Notes: generated by a model from the letters alone, not told the origin. Counted from the stretch's first letter, positions 24,240 through 36,781 are shown. The stretch: 64,000 bases of DNA from Squalus acanthias (GCA_030390025.1 CM059425.1:178252001-178316000); one strand, 5' to 3'. Program-made: numbers and translations.

Positions 24240-26600
24240 TGAGAACACTCCTACCTACACTTAAGCCAGGAGCAGTGTATTCGGAGGCTCCCCTTCACCA
24301 AGGAGGTGGTCACAGAACTCTGCCACTTCCTGGAACCAGACCTACAGCCTCAGAGCAGGGCGAAGATGACGCTGCCAGTGCCCCTCCAGGTCACCGTAGC
24401 CCTCAATTTTTACGTCACCGGGTCCTTCCAGTCTGGAGCAGGAGGCATAGCTAACATCTCCCAGTTTGCCGTTCATCGCTGCATCCGGGAGATCACAGAG
24501 GCTCTCTACTTCAGGAGAAGGGATTTAATTTGCTTCTCTCTGAACAGAGAGAAGCAAGAGGAGCGCACATGTTGCTTTGCCAGTGTATCGGGCTTCATCA
24601 TGGTGCAGGGCGCCACCAACTGCACACATGTGGCTTTGCAGGCACCGCATATCAATCCTGAGATGTACAGCAACTGCAAAGGCTACCACTCACTTAATGT
24701 GCAGTTGGTGTGCGACCACACCCAGCACATCATGATGGTGAATGCCTGGTATCCTGGCAGCGGTCATGCTACCTTTATCCTGCGCCACTCCAGTGTACCA
24801 GCAATTTCCAGACACCACGTCAAACCAGAGTGTGGATGCTCAGAGACAAAGGCTATCCGCTCTACACCTGGCTGATGACTCCCCTCTGCAACCCCACCAC
24901 TAGTCATAGTCATAACGGCACAGAAGGAGGCCATTCGGCCCATTTAGTCCGTGCCGGCTCTCTGTCGAGCAATCCAGTCAGTCCCATTGCCCCGCTCTAT
25001 CCACGTAGCCCTGCAAGTTTATTTCCCTCAAGTGCTTATCCAGTCTCCCTTTGAAAACATTTGAGTGTTTCCATCGGCAGCGAGTTCCAGGTCCTCACCA
25101 CTCGCTGCGTAAAAACATTTTTCCTCATCCACCCCCCCTGCTGTATCTGTTGCCCAAAACCTTAAATCTGTGTCCACTAGTCCTTGTACCATCAACTAGT
25201 GGGAACAGCCTTTCCCCGTTTAGCCTATCCAAACCCGTCATAATCTTGTACACCTCTATCAAATCACCCTTCCACCTCCTTTGCTCTAATGAAAACAAAT
25301 CCAGCTTCTCCAACCTGTCCTTGTAGCTAAGATCTCCCATCCCCGGAACCATTCTGGTAAATCGCCTCTGCACCCTCTCGAGTTCCTTCACGTCCTTCCT
25401 AAAGTGTGGTGACCAGAACTGGACGCAATATTCCAGTTGTGGCCTAACCAGCGCTTTATAAAGGTTCAGCATAACATCTCTACTTTTGTACTCAATACCT
25501 CTATTTATGAAGCCCAAGATCCCATATGCTTTGCTAACCACTCTCAATATGTCCTGCCACCTTCAGGGACCTATGCACATTAACTCCCAGGTCCCTCTGT
25601 CCCTGCACACTCTTTAAAACTGTGCCATTAAATGTATATTGCCTCTCTCTGTTCCTTCTGCCAAAATGCATCACCTCACACTTCTCTGTATTAAATTCCA
25701 TCTGCCACTTGTCTGCCTATTCTGTTAGCCTTTCTATGTCCTGTTGCAGTCGATTGGTATCATCCTCACTGTTTGCCACACCCCCAAGTTTGGTGTCATC
25801 AGGCAAATTTAGAAATTCTACTCTGTATTCCAATATCCAGGTCATTTTTTTTTTATATATATATATACACACCCTTGGCGAACACCACTGTTTACCATCC
25901 CCCAGTCTGAAAAACAGCCATTTACCACAACTCGCTGTTTTCTGTCCTTAAGCCAATTCCTTATCCAAGCTGCCACTGTCCCACCTATTCCATGAGCCTC
26001 AATTTTGTTAACCAGCCTTCTATGTGGTACTTTATCAATCGCCTTCCTAAAATCCATGTAGACAACATCCATTGCATTCCCTTCATCAATTCTCTCTGTT
26101 ACTTCATCAAAAAAATTCAATTAGATTAGTCAAACACGATCTGCCTTTTACAAATCCGTGTTGGCTCTCCTTAATTAGCTTAAACCTCTCCAAGTGCCCG
26201 TTAATTTTTTCCTTGTTTTTTGTTTTGTTTCTAAAACTTTACCCACCACTGATGTTAAACTGACTGGCCTGTAGTTACTAGGATTGTCCTTATACCCTTT
26301 CTTGAACAATGATGTCACATTTGCCACTTTCCAATCCTCAGGCACCTCCCCCGCATCTAGGGAAGATTGGAAAATTATGGCAACTCATATAATGAGAGCC
26401 ATGCTGCCACGAGGAACCTCATTGAGCAGACCATCGAGGTGCTGAAGCAATGGTTCCACTGCCTTGACCACTCGGGAGGAGCCCTCCAGTACACGCCGGA
26501 GTGGGTGTCCCATTTCGTGGTGATCTGCTGTATCCTCCACAACTTGGCCATCCACAACGGGTTCCGTGACCACGTCAGGTGGAGGAGGAAGGGAGAAGGC
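24240..26600 (+). pseudogene. Harbinger DDE transposase (HARBI1-like), disrupted and split by a CR1
   Basis: VTVALNFYVTGSFQ, VQGATNCTH (vs GAIDCTH), KGYHSLNVQLVCD, DKGYP, then after 26380 YNESHAATRNLIEQTIEVLK.WFHCLD...CCILHNLA. Confidence 0.9.
24901..26378 (-). mobile_element. 5'-truncated CR1 inside the transposase gene
   Basis: ORFs 25125-25547 and 25842-26120 are CR1 RT pieces. Tail TAGTCATAGTCATA on +. Confidence 0.92.
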
Positions 26601-27156
26601 AGACAGGAGATCTCCATTCTGGACGGGCTGTCCGTGCATGCCTCATCAGAATTTGATTCCCCTGAATAAAACCCCAGATCCCCGTTGCTCACCACTTCCC
26701 CACCTCATCATTCCTCTGTCACAGAACATCACAGCGTCCTCTTGGGCGCAAAACTGAAATAGGAGCCACCACAAAACAAACATTCCAAACATAATTTATG
26801 AATGAACCATTGCAAAACTACACAACATCAACAAATCACCCTTGTGCATTCCCTTAGTGTCTGTCTTTCGTGTTCTTTTGCCTACTCTAGTGCTCCTACA
26901 CAGTGCTACCCAGTGGCTGCAGTATGGCTGGTGGAAGGTTGCTGACTTTTCGTGGGGGACACTACCTAGAAGGCCCGGCTATAGACTACACCACCTAGGC
27001 ATGGGTGGCAGCAGTCCGGGCTGGCTGGCTGACAGTCAGCAGCAAGAGCATTGTCGGGGTGACAGTGGTGGAGTAGGATGCTGTCATCCTGAGAGAGGAC
27101 AGCAGGTTCTTGCTCCACGGAGCCACTGCCACTCCCCCGGGGCACACTTCAGCATT

Positions 27157-30100
27157 TAAAAAAAAAATTCATTCATGGGATGTGGGTGTCGCTGGCAAGG
27201 CCAGCATTTATTGCCCATCCCTAGATGCCTTTCAGAAGGTGGTGGTGAGCCGCCGCCTTGAACCGCTACAGTCCGTGTGGTGAAGGTACTCCCACAGTGC
27301 TGTTAGGGAGGGAGTGCCAGGATTTTGACCCAGCGACGATGAAGGAACGGTGATATATTTCCAAGTCAGCATGGTGTGTGACTTGGAGGGGAACTTGGAG
27401 GCGGTGGTGTTCCCATGTGTCTGCTGCCCTTGTCTTTCTAGGTGGTAGAAGTCGCTGGTTTGGGAGGTGCTGCTGAAGAAGCCTTGGCGAGTTGCTGCAG
27501 TGCATCTTGTAGATGGTACACACTGCAGCCACGGTACGCCGGTGGTGGAGGGAGTGAATGTTTAAGGTGGTGGATGGGGTGCATATCAAGCGGGCTGCTT
27601 TGTCCTGGATGGTGTCGAGCTTCTTGAGTGTTGTTGGAGCTGCACTCATCCAGGCAAGTGGAGAGTATTCCATCACACTCCTTACTTGTGCCTTGCAGAT
27701 GGTGGAAAGGCTTTGGGGAGTCAGGAGGTGAGACATTCACTGCAGAATACCCAGCCTCTGACCTGCTCTTGTTGCCACAGTATTTATGTGGCTGGTCTAG
27801 TTAAGTTTCAGGTCAATGATGACCCCCCAGGATATTGATGGTGGGGGATTCGGCGATGGTAATGCTGTTGAATGTCAAGGGGCGGTTGTTAGACACTCGC
27901 TTGTTGGAGATAGTCATTGCCTGGCATTTGTGTGGCAGGAATGTTACCTGCCACTTATCAGCCCAAGCCTGAATGTCGTCCAGGTCTTGCTGCATGCGGG
28001 CATGGACTGTTTTATTATCTGAGGAGTTGCGAATGGCACTGAACACTGTGCAGTCATCAGCAAATATACCCACTTCTGACCTTATGATGGAGGGAAGGTC
28101 ATTGATGAAGCAGCTGAAGATGGTTGGGCCGAGGACATTGCCCTGAGGAACTCCTGCAGCGATGTCCTGGAGCTGTGATGATTGACCTTCAATCCCCACA
28201 ACCATCTTCCTTTGTGCTAGGTATGACTCCAGCCAGTGGAGAGTTTTCCTCCCCGATTCCCATTGACTTCAGTTTTACTAGGGCTCCTTGATGCCACACT
28301 CGGTCAAATGCTGCCTTGATGTCAAGGGCAGTCACTCTCACCTCACCTCTGGAATTCAGCTCCTTTGTCCATGTTTGGACCAAGGCTGTAATGAGAGCGG
28401 GAGCCGAGTGGCCTTGGTGGAACCCAAACTTGGCATCAGTGAGCAGGTTATTGGTGAGTAAGTGCCGCTTGATAGCACTGTCGATGACACCTTTCATCAC
28501 TTTGCTGATGATTGAGAGTAGACTGATGGGGCAGTAATTGGCTGGGTTGGATTTGTCCTGCTTTTTGTGGACAGGACATACCTGGGCAGTTTTCCACATT
28601 GTCCGATAGATGCCAGTGTTGTAGCTGTACTGGAACAGCTTGGCTAGAGGCACGGCTAGTTCTGGAGCACAAGTCTTCAGCACGATAGCCGGGATGTTGT
28701 CGGGGCCCATAGTCTTTGCTGTATCCAGTGTGCTCAGCCGTTTCTTGCATCACGTGGAGTGAATCGAATTGGCTGAAGACTGGCTTCTGTGGTGGTGGGG
28801 ACCTCAGGAGGAGGCCGATATGGATCATCCACTCGGCACTTCTGGCTGAAGATGGTTGCAAACGCTTCAACCTTGTCTTTTGCACTCGTGCTGGGCTCCA
28901 CCATCATTGAGGATGGGGATATTCATGGAGCCTCCTCCTTCCGTTAGTTGTCCACCACCAGTCACGACTGGATGTGGTAAGACTGCAGAGCTTTGATCTG
29001 ATGCGTTCATTGTGGGATTGCTTAGCTCTGTCTATAATGTGCTGCCTCCGATTTTTAGCATGCATGTAATCCTGTGTTGCAGCTTCCCCAGGTTGGCACC
29101 GCATTTTTAGGTACGCCTGGTGCTGCTCCCGGCACACTCTCCTACACTCTTTATTGAACCAGGGTTGATCCCTGGCTTGATGGTAATGGTAGAGTGAGGG
29201 AAATGCCAGGCCATGAAGTTACAGATTGTGGTGGAATACAATTCTACTGCTGCTGATGGCCCACAGCGCCTCATGGATGCCCAGTTTTGAGCTGTTAGAT
29301 CTGTTCTGAATCTATCCCATTTAGCACGGTGGTAGTGCCACACAACACGATGGAGGGTGTCCTCAGTGTGAGGACGAGACTTTGTCTCCACATGACTGTG
29401 TGGTGGGCACTACTACCAATACTGTCATGGACAGATGCATCTGCGACAGGTAGATTGGTGAGGACGAGTTCAAGTAGGTTTTTCCCTCATGTTGGTTCTC
29501 TCACCACCTGTCGTAGGCCCAGTCTGGCAGCTTCAGGACTAGGTCAGTAGTGGTGCTACCGAGCCACTCTTGGTGATGGACATTGAAGTCCTCCACCCAG
29601 AGTACATTCTGTGCTCTTGCTACTCTCAGTGCTTCTTCCAAGTGGTGTTCAACATGGAGGAGTACTGATTCAGCAGCTGAGGGAGGGCAGTAGGTGGAGG
29701 TAATCAGCAGGAGGTTTCCTTGCCCATGCTTGACCTGAAGCAATGAGGTCCGGAGTCAATGTTGAGGACTCCCAGGGCCACTCCTTCCCAACTGTTTACC
29801 ACTGCCGCCACCCATGGGGATGGAGGAGTCTGGGACATTGTCTGAAAGGCATGATTCTGTGAGTATGACGATGTCAGGCTGTTGCTGCCCAATTTTGGCA
29901 CAAGTTCCCAGATGTTGTGAGGAGGACTTTGCAGGGTCGACTGGGCTGGGTGTGCCGTTGTCGTGTCCGTAGCCGAGGTCGATGCCGGGTGGTCTGTCCG
30001 GTTTTATTCTTCTTGTTTTTTTACCGTAGTGGTCTTTTACAACTGAGTGGCTTGCTAGGCCATTTCAGAGGGCAGTTAAGATTCAACTGGGTAAGGACGA

Positions 30101-30280
30101 CAGATTTCCTTCCCTAAAAGGCATTAGTGATGGGTTTTTACAACAATCCGATAGTTTCATGCGAGCTTTTTATTCCAGATTTAATTAATTAACTGAATTG
30201 AAATTCCCCAGCTGCCGTGGTGGATTTGAACTCACGTCTCTGGATTACTAGTCCAGTAACATAACCATTATGCTACCGTT
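27157..30280 (-). mobile_element. Near full-length single-ORF CR1-like LINE (second family) with a tRNA-like 5' head
   Basis: APE and RT pieces (ORFs from 29704-29901 down to 27266-27736). A box at 30265-30275 and B box at 30222-30233 on the minus strand. Confidence 0.85.
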
Positions 30281-31334
30281 CTAGCCATCTGTTAGGGCAC
30301 AGATTGCTGGACTGCTGTGAGATCCTGCAAGCCCCTTTCCACACTCGTAAACCCAGCCACGATGGCATCAGTCTGAGCTTGTGCGGCAGTAACCTGAGAC
30401 TGTGTGAGAGCAGTCTGAGCTTCCACTGCAGCACTCAGACGTTGGGTCCCTTCTGTTTGTGCTGCAATGGAAGCTGCAACATCGCCCATCACACCCAGCA
30501 TCAAGGTTGGGTCCACAAGTGTTCTAATGGAGTTGCCCATCACTTCCATCCGGGAAATCGTGGTCTCGAAGCTTCGCGCAAAGCCCCACGTTGGAGCCGG
30601 ACTCCTCCATGCCCCTTGACGCTGACGAGGCTCTCTGGCAAGCTTGCCATTGCACCAAGCATTTGTGTGTGCATGCCCATTACCCTGATTCTGTAGGCCA
30701 TCCCATTGATGTCATCATCTGAGTCCTGTGCAGCAGAACTCGTGCGTGAACTCACCCTCCGGGGAGCTGGGACCTGAGCTACCCTTTCTCCCTGCCCTGG
30801 CTGCAGCCCACTCATGCCCAGTGACTCACCACATGCAGATCCTGCCTCTATACTACCCTCTAAAGTACGTGCAGTGCCATTTTCTGAGCTGGTGCCTGGG
30901 AATATCAGATCGAGTGATGTGCCTCTTCTTCTCCTTCACTCTCCTCCTCCACAACGTTGAGGACAGACTGGGCTTGTGGCAGTTCTTGGGTATCTGAAAG
31001 GAGAAAGGCGCAAGAGTCAGGTTGTGGCGAGGGGAGGGGGAAAAGCAAGATGTGCATTGTTACACCATTAGCATCTTGTAAGTGAGAAGAGATTGTGGGA
31101 TGAGGGGGAAGTGGGATGTGAGAAGAAGGATTAGGTATGAGCATACCATCATCAGCATTGCTTTCAACCTCGCCATTTGCCACGGCCCTCTCCAATGATC
31201 TCCAGCACCTTCTCCTCCAGCTCCGTGAGGTTCTAAAGATGGGATTCCCCTCCACCCGTCTGCTGCTGCTCACGTCTGTTGTGTGCCACCTTCGTATGCA
31301 AGAGAAAGGGAATTATGTTAGTGAGTGGTTTTAG

Positions 31335-31785
31335 GAATGAGGGGATACAGTTACGTGGCTAGACTAAAGAAGCTGGGGTTGTTCTCCTTGGAGCAGAGAA
31401 GGTAAAGAGGAGGTCTGATAGAAGTGTTTAAAATCATGAAGGTTTTAGATAGAGTAAATAAAGAGAAACTGTTTCCAATGGCTGAAGGGTCAGTAACCAG
31501 AGGGCACAGATTTAAGGTGATTAGCAAAAGAACCAGAGGCGACAGGAGGGAAAACCTTTTACGCAACGAGTGGTTAGGATTTGGAATGCACTGCCTGATA
31601 GGGTGGTGGATACAGATTCAATGGTAGCCTTCAAAAGGGAATTGGATAAATACTTGAAGGAGAAAAAATTGCAGGGATAGGGGGAAAGAGCGGGGGAGTG
31701 GGACTAACTGGATTGCTCTTCGAAAGAGCCGGCGCAGACTTGATGCGCCAAATGGCCTCCTTCTGTGCTGTACTGTTCTATGATT
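31335..31785 (+). mobile_element. CR1 3' fragment in an intron of the Myb-like gene
   Basis: ORF 31424-31627 (FKIMK..DRVNKEKLFP...TRGH) followed by a CR1 3'UTR. Confidence 0.85.
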
Positions 31786-32519
31786 TTGAGTGTGGTGCAA
31801 TGTGTTTGGGTGATGTGCCTATCATGGTTGAATAGCTGGCAGTGTGTGCAAGGTGTGAGATGTGGGTGTGAGTCTTGCAGCAGTGGTAAGTGTGAGAGTG
31901 AGGTGAAGCTATGATTGTGAGGTATGAGTTGTGATTGCTAGAGATTGTTGGTAGGTGAGTGATGGGGGTGTGATGCATTGAGCAGTGTGTGAGGCTAGTG
32001 GTGCAGTTGGTGGGATATGGCATTTGAAGATGCATTCATTCACCTTGATCACTCGTGAGGTCATTAAACTTCTTGCCGCACTGGATCCTGGTCCTGGGGG
32101 CAACACACATGGCACTGACGGCTTGTGCTATCTCCTCACACTGCCTTCTGGCGTGTTGCCTGGAAGGCCTCCTGCCCCGCTGCGGGTAGAGGACCCGTCA
32201 TCTTCTGTGAACCCCCAGGACCAAGGCCTCCAGTGCTGCATCTGAGAGCCTCCTTGCCCTCTCTATTCCCTGTTGAACCTGGCGTCAGAGTGACAATGAG
32301 GTGCTTCTGCAACAAAGCACCTCCCCTTTAAGTAGTGCAGAGAGCCTAGACAAAATTTTATTGGCCAGTAGACTGCACCCGATTTTGGTCCCCTGTTGCA
32401 CACTAAGCCATCCAGCAGTGCATTTAGCGCCGAGATCAGCACTCCAATCATTATAATGAGCAGGCAACATAAATTTTGCGTGCTGCCTGCACCACTTTGA
32501 ACAGGCGCGAGCAGATCAC

Positions 32520-32930
32520 AGAGGTAGGTAGGTGGGGGGGGCGGGGTGAAAAGAAGTGGTGGAGAGGTAGAGCTGGGTGTTGTCAATGTTTATGTGGAAG
32601 CGGACTCCATGTCTGGGGAAGGTGCCGTTAAGAGCCAGCATGTGGAGGAGTAGGCGGTGAAGGACAGATCCTTGGAGGTCTCTGAATATAATGATGTAGG
32701 TGCAGGAAGAGGAGACAGTGCCGGAGATACTCTGGCTACAATTGGGTAGATACAAGTGGCACCAAGTGAGGGCCTTCTCGTTGAGCTGGACAACGAAAGA
32801 GAGGCATTGGAGGAGGATGGTGTGCATGACTGTCTAAGGCTGCCGAGAGGACAAGGCGAGATAATGTACCGTGATCATAATCACAGAGGATGTCAGTTGT
32901 GACTTCGGGTAGGGCCGTTTCGGTGTTGTA
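32520..32930 (-). mobile_element. L2 RT fragment, right flank of the Harbinger element
   Basis: QGSVL...HGVRFHINIDNTQLYLST, a decayed form of FHxYADDTQLY. Confidence 0.75.
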
Positions 32931-33418
32931 TCTTCTTCTTCGGCAGTCCCTCGGAACCGAGGATGACTTGCTTCCACATTAAAAATGAGTTCTCAGGTGA
33001 CTGATGAGTCCAATGCGGGACCTACAGTCTCTGTCACAAGTGGGGCAGACGGTGGTTGAAGGGGCGGGTGGGTGGGGTGCTTGGGTTGACGTGCGCTCCT
33101 TGCGCTGCCTGCGCTTGGCTTCCGCTTGCTCCCGGCGAAGAGACTCGAGGTGTTCGGCGCCTTCCCGGATGCTTCTCCTCCACTTTGTACGGTCTTGGGC
33201 CAGGGATTCCCAGGTGTCGGTGGGGATGTTACACTTTTTCAAGGAGGCTTTGAAGGGTGTCCTTGAAGCGTTTCCTCTGCCCACCTGGGGCTCTCTTGCC
33301 GTGCCGGAGCTCCAAGTAGAGTGCTTGTTTTGGGAGTCTCGTATCGGGCATGCGGACGATGTTACCCGTCCATCGGAGCTGATCGAGCGTGGTCAAAGCT
33401 TCGATGCTGGGGATGTTG
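32931..33418 (-). mobile_element. RTE-clade LINE 3' fragment
   Basis: RLPKQALY.ELRHGKRAPGGQRKRFKDTL and CPTCDRDCRSRIGLISHLRTH, with an (AAG)n tail. Confidence 0.9.
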
Positions 33419-33894
33419 TATAGTACTTGATAGATGGTGTTGTATAGTACTTGATAGATGAACAAGTAAAACAATAAATGGAAACCTATGCTGACAAGTT
33501 GTCAAAATATTGGCTGCTGATGTTTATAAGTCAAAATGCGAATCAGTATTTTCATGTAAACAGTTATTGTCACAATGAAATTTAAGCAATGAAAATTCAC
33601 GTGAATGAAATCTAATAGGAAGAAAACAAAGTATCATCTTTCTGATGTGTCTGAAAGAGCTCTTGTTAATTATCCCATGATGTGGGATGCTACCCAGTTT
33701 GATGAGCATCCAGTCTGACACTTTTTTAATCGGAAAAGCTAAAAGGAGTGGTATGACATAAGTTTGTAAACTTTTTTTTAATAAAGTGAATTAAATTCCT
33801 TGGTAGTGTTGGATACAGTGACAGATACAGTAGTATTATTGTATCTCTCCTTTTACAATTGTCAAAGAATTTAGGGAGTAAGATTAAATACTTG

Positions 33895-34787
33895 GGGGTA
33901 AAAATTCAGTTGGTTGCGCCTCCCGTTAGCGCCTTAAGAGGGTGCTAATGGGGCGCAAAGCCGCTAACGCCTGGGCGCAGCGATGTTTGCGCCGCTCGGG
34001 AACTTAACTAGAGATTGTGTGGCGGCGCTAAACTTTACCGCTGCGACCACCTGCGCGCGCAGATTGTGACGTCATTCCATGGTGCAACACCCTTGTGGCG
34101 CCCCGGAGCGGAAATTGAGTGGTGCCCCCTGCCTTACCGCCTGGCGCATCCAACGACCAGAAGACTGGAACGCTATCAATCGCTGTGGGGCTGGGGGGGG
34201 CGCTATTTAAAGGGGGCCTCTTCCTGTCTTTTATTGTTGGTGGCATTTTTGAACTACGCATTCTGAGAGCGAGAGGGAGAGACTTCTGGAGAGATTCAAC
34301 GTTGTGTGAAGGAGTTTTGGGTACTGAGCAGCACTTTGCAGGTTCATTTTGATTTGCCATTCCTTGTATCGATTTAGCAGAGACTGTGGGAGCTGCACTC
34401 TGAGCTCTTTGCCTGGTACTCTCCATTGTTCTTTCCAGCACATTTGATGTGCAAGTCTCTCCAGGCCGAGATTCAAGGCTGCAATGAACAGGATGTGGAT
34501 GGAAAGCAAGATTAACCATCCCCTTTAAGAAGTGGCCCGTGCCATTGTGTGTGTGTTCCATTGCTGACTGACATTACATGAGCTTCGCCAGCGCTCTGAG
34601 TTAGCGCCTCACTCCTTGGCCTTTGCGCCTTAAGACAGGTGTGCAGCGCCTGATTTAGCGCTCCACTCACCTCCCGGGGCGGTAAAAGTGAAGTTTCCAG
34701 TCAGTGCCGATAATTAGCGCCAGGCGTTAATATTTGCGTCCAGACGATATTTGCGCCCCAAATGGGGCGCGACCTAATTTTTCCCCC
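33895..34787. mobile_element. Harbinger-type MITE
   Basis: TIR GGGGTAAAAATT / AATTTTTCCCCC, TSD TTG. Confidence 0.9.
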
Positions 34788-34909
34788 TTGGACTGCAGGT
34801 CCCAGGCTCACTTATTTTTAGTTACTGAACCTCAAGTTAGATTAATTGAGTACCCCTGAAGCACACTGTTTCAGTATGATTTGGATAGATGTTCACTGCT
34901 ACTTTTTTT

Positions 34910-35400
34910 TGAACTTTCATTTATATAGCATCTTATGTCCTCAGGATGTTCCAAGTGCTTCACAGCCAATGATTCACTTTTTGAATTGTAGTCACTATTA
35001 TGTAAACAAACACAACAGCTAAATTTGCACACAGGAAGGTCCACAAACTGCAAATGAATAGCCAGATACTGGTGTTGGTTGAGGGAGAAATGTTGGGTGG
35101 GACACTGGGAGAATTCGCTGCTCTTTAAATATTGCTATCGGGAAAGACCTTTTACACCCAGATCCCAGGCTCACTTATTTTTAGTTACTGGACCTCAAGT
35201 TAGATTAATTGAGTACCCCTGAAGTACACTGTTTCAGTATGATTTGGATAGATGTTCACTGAGCAGGTAGCTGAGACTTCAGTTTAATGGGCAATTGAAA
35301 GATGGCATCTCTGGAAATGCAGTACCCCCTCAAACTGTACCTTTGACAGTACAGCATTCCCTTAATACTGAACCGAAGTCTGAGCCTGGATTTTATGCTG
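34910..35400 (-). mobile_element. Decayed Deu-SINE containing a 99-bp copy of its own flank
   Basis: Reverse-complement similarity to the SINE body at 3190-3765. 35163-35261 repeats 34800-34898. Confidence 0.7.
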
Positions 35401-35470
35401 AAATCTGCCTTTTAAAATTATACAGACTCTGAATAAAGTTACTCATCTGACTCATTTTCTCTTTGAACAG

Positions 35471-35561
35471 CATAAAGCAAGCTGTAGTGTTGATCAATGG
35501 AATTGACACCGGTAAATTTCCACGGCTGCTGTCGCGCATTCTTCAGAAGCTTCACTTGAAG
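35471..35561 (+). CDS. COMMD10: COMMD10 exon 2
   Basis: [30 protein letters not shown], with AG/GT boundaries. Confidence 0.96.
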
Positions 35562-35942
35562 GTACTTGATGGAAAACATAGTAGTCATGTTTATTTTATA
35601 TATAATAACAGGCTATTTAAATGAGACAACTAAATTATATTGCAGTCATAAATTTTAATGTCATGTTTCGTGAAATATTGGATCTCTTTACAAATGGGTT
35701 ACTTTTGTGTGCTGCCTAGTTAAATTTAGAGAGCATGCATTAATCCCGCCCGGCACAATGGATGATTTTCTAAGAATCCCCAGTTTTGTGGGTGTGGAAC
35801 AGATTTGTCCTTTTTCTTCATTGCTAGTTGGAACTGTGGTTTCATGTGTAAAACCCAACATTCCCACTGGTAGTGAATTTAAATATTTAATTAAACCAGA
35901 TTTATTTTTCTATGTATATTGATCTGCAAATAAGGCTCCAAG

Positions 35943-36674
35943 GGGGAAAAATTTGGTTGCTTTGCTCCTCCCGTTAGCGCCCTCTTAGGGCGCTAACGGG
36001 ACGCAAAGCAACTAGCGCCCGGGCGCGGTGCCGCCCACGCCTCCCGCGAAATTCAGCGGGAGGTTAGCGGCGGCGGTAATCGGCATCGCCCCACGGCGCT
36101 GCGCCACCAACGATGACATCATCACCATGCGCAGCGCTCCGGCCGTGATCTTCGGGAGTGCCCCCTGACTTACCGCCGGACGCTATGTCCGACGGGGTCA
36201 GGGGGGCCTACCTGCGGCCGGGGAGGCGCTATTTAAAGGTGAGGTGCAGGGCGGCCATTTTTGTTGCTGGCCGCCTGCCAGCACCTGCCTGCACTCCCGT
36301 CCCCGGCCTCCTGAACCACCTCCCCCGCGGAGTGCCGGCTGCGCTCCAAGAGCCCGGCACTTCTCTTGAATGCCGGGCTCTTTTTCCGGCACTCCCTATC
36401 CCCGGGGGCCCAGCTGGGCCCCGGGTCGCGCTGCACAAGGCCCCTCCCCTTTAAGAAGGGGAGGAAGACCTGCAATACCGCAGCACGTAGCGCCATGATA
36501 TTCAATCGCAGCGCCCCAAGAGGGATGCGGGGTGCTTCCAGTAGCGCCCTGCTTCCCTCTTGGGGCGCTACCACTCAATTTCCATTGCGGGGGCGCTAAT
36601 TTTTCCGGGGCGCTAAAATTAGTGCTCCGGTGAAGTTAGCGCTCCAAAGGGGGCGCTATTCAATTTTTAGCCCC
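35943..36674. mobile_element. GC-rich Harbinger-type MITE
   Basis: Ends GGGGAAAAATT / AATTTTTAGCCCC with probable TSD AAG and many TAGCGCC motifs. Confidence 0.85.
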
Positions 36675-36683
36675 AAGTCTATA

Positions 36684-36781
36684 ATAAAAACAAAATGCTG
36701 GAAACACTCAGCAGGTCAGGCAGCATCTGTGAAGAGAGAAACTGAGTTAACGTTCCAGGTTGATGACCTTGTATCAGAACT
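36684..36781 (-). mobile_element. Short Penelope pLTR fragment with a degenerate hammerhead
   Basis: Minus strand AGTTCTGATACAAGGTCATCAACCTGGAACGTTAACT has mutated core boxes. TCTATA occurs on both sides. Confidence 0.75.

Larger units (their letters stand above)
26860..32290 (-). pseudogene. Harbinger Myb/SANT-like DNA-binding protein gene, intron-containing and disrupted
   Basis: Minus strand 32280-32045 reads RARRLSDAALEALV...LYPQRGRRP...RTRIQCGKKFNDLT with a GTGAAT donor. Further exon-like pieces at ~31290-31140 (KVAHNRREQQQTGGG) and from ~30995 down. Confidence 0.8.
22651..32515. mobile_element. Decayed two-gene PIF/Harbinger transposon with four nested LINE insertions
   Basis: Left end GGGGCCGTGAAATTCGG. 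Convergent transposase (+) and Myb/SANT (-) genes, each preceded by a TATA-like motif (~23902 and ~32327). Right TIR not found. Confidence 0.85.

Noticed and set aside
24240..26600. Domesticated HARBI1 host gene
   Set aside because: It is frameshifted, has a mutated catalytic motif, is split by a CR1, and sits in a transposon with a Myb partner.
34028..34561. 177-aa ORF resembling ORF 20915-21409, suggesting a conserved gene
   Set aside because: The similarity comes from shared MITE ancestry. It is confined to short blocks and no domain is recognisable.
36745..36781. Functional hammerhead (also 13811-13836)
   Set aside because: The core is mutated here (CTGATAC, GGAA), and stem II is deleted in the 13811 copy.
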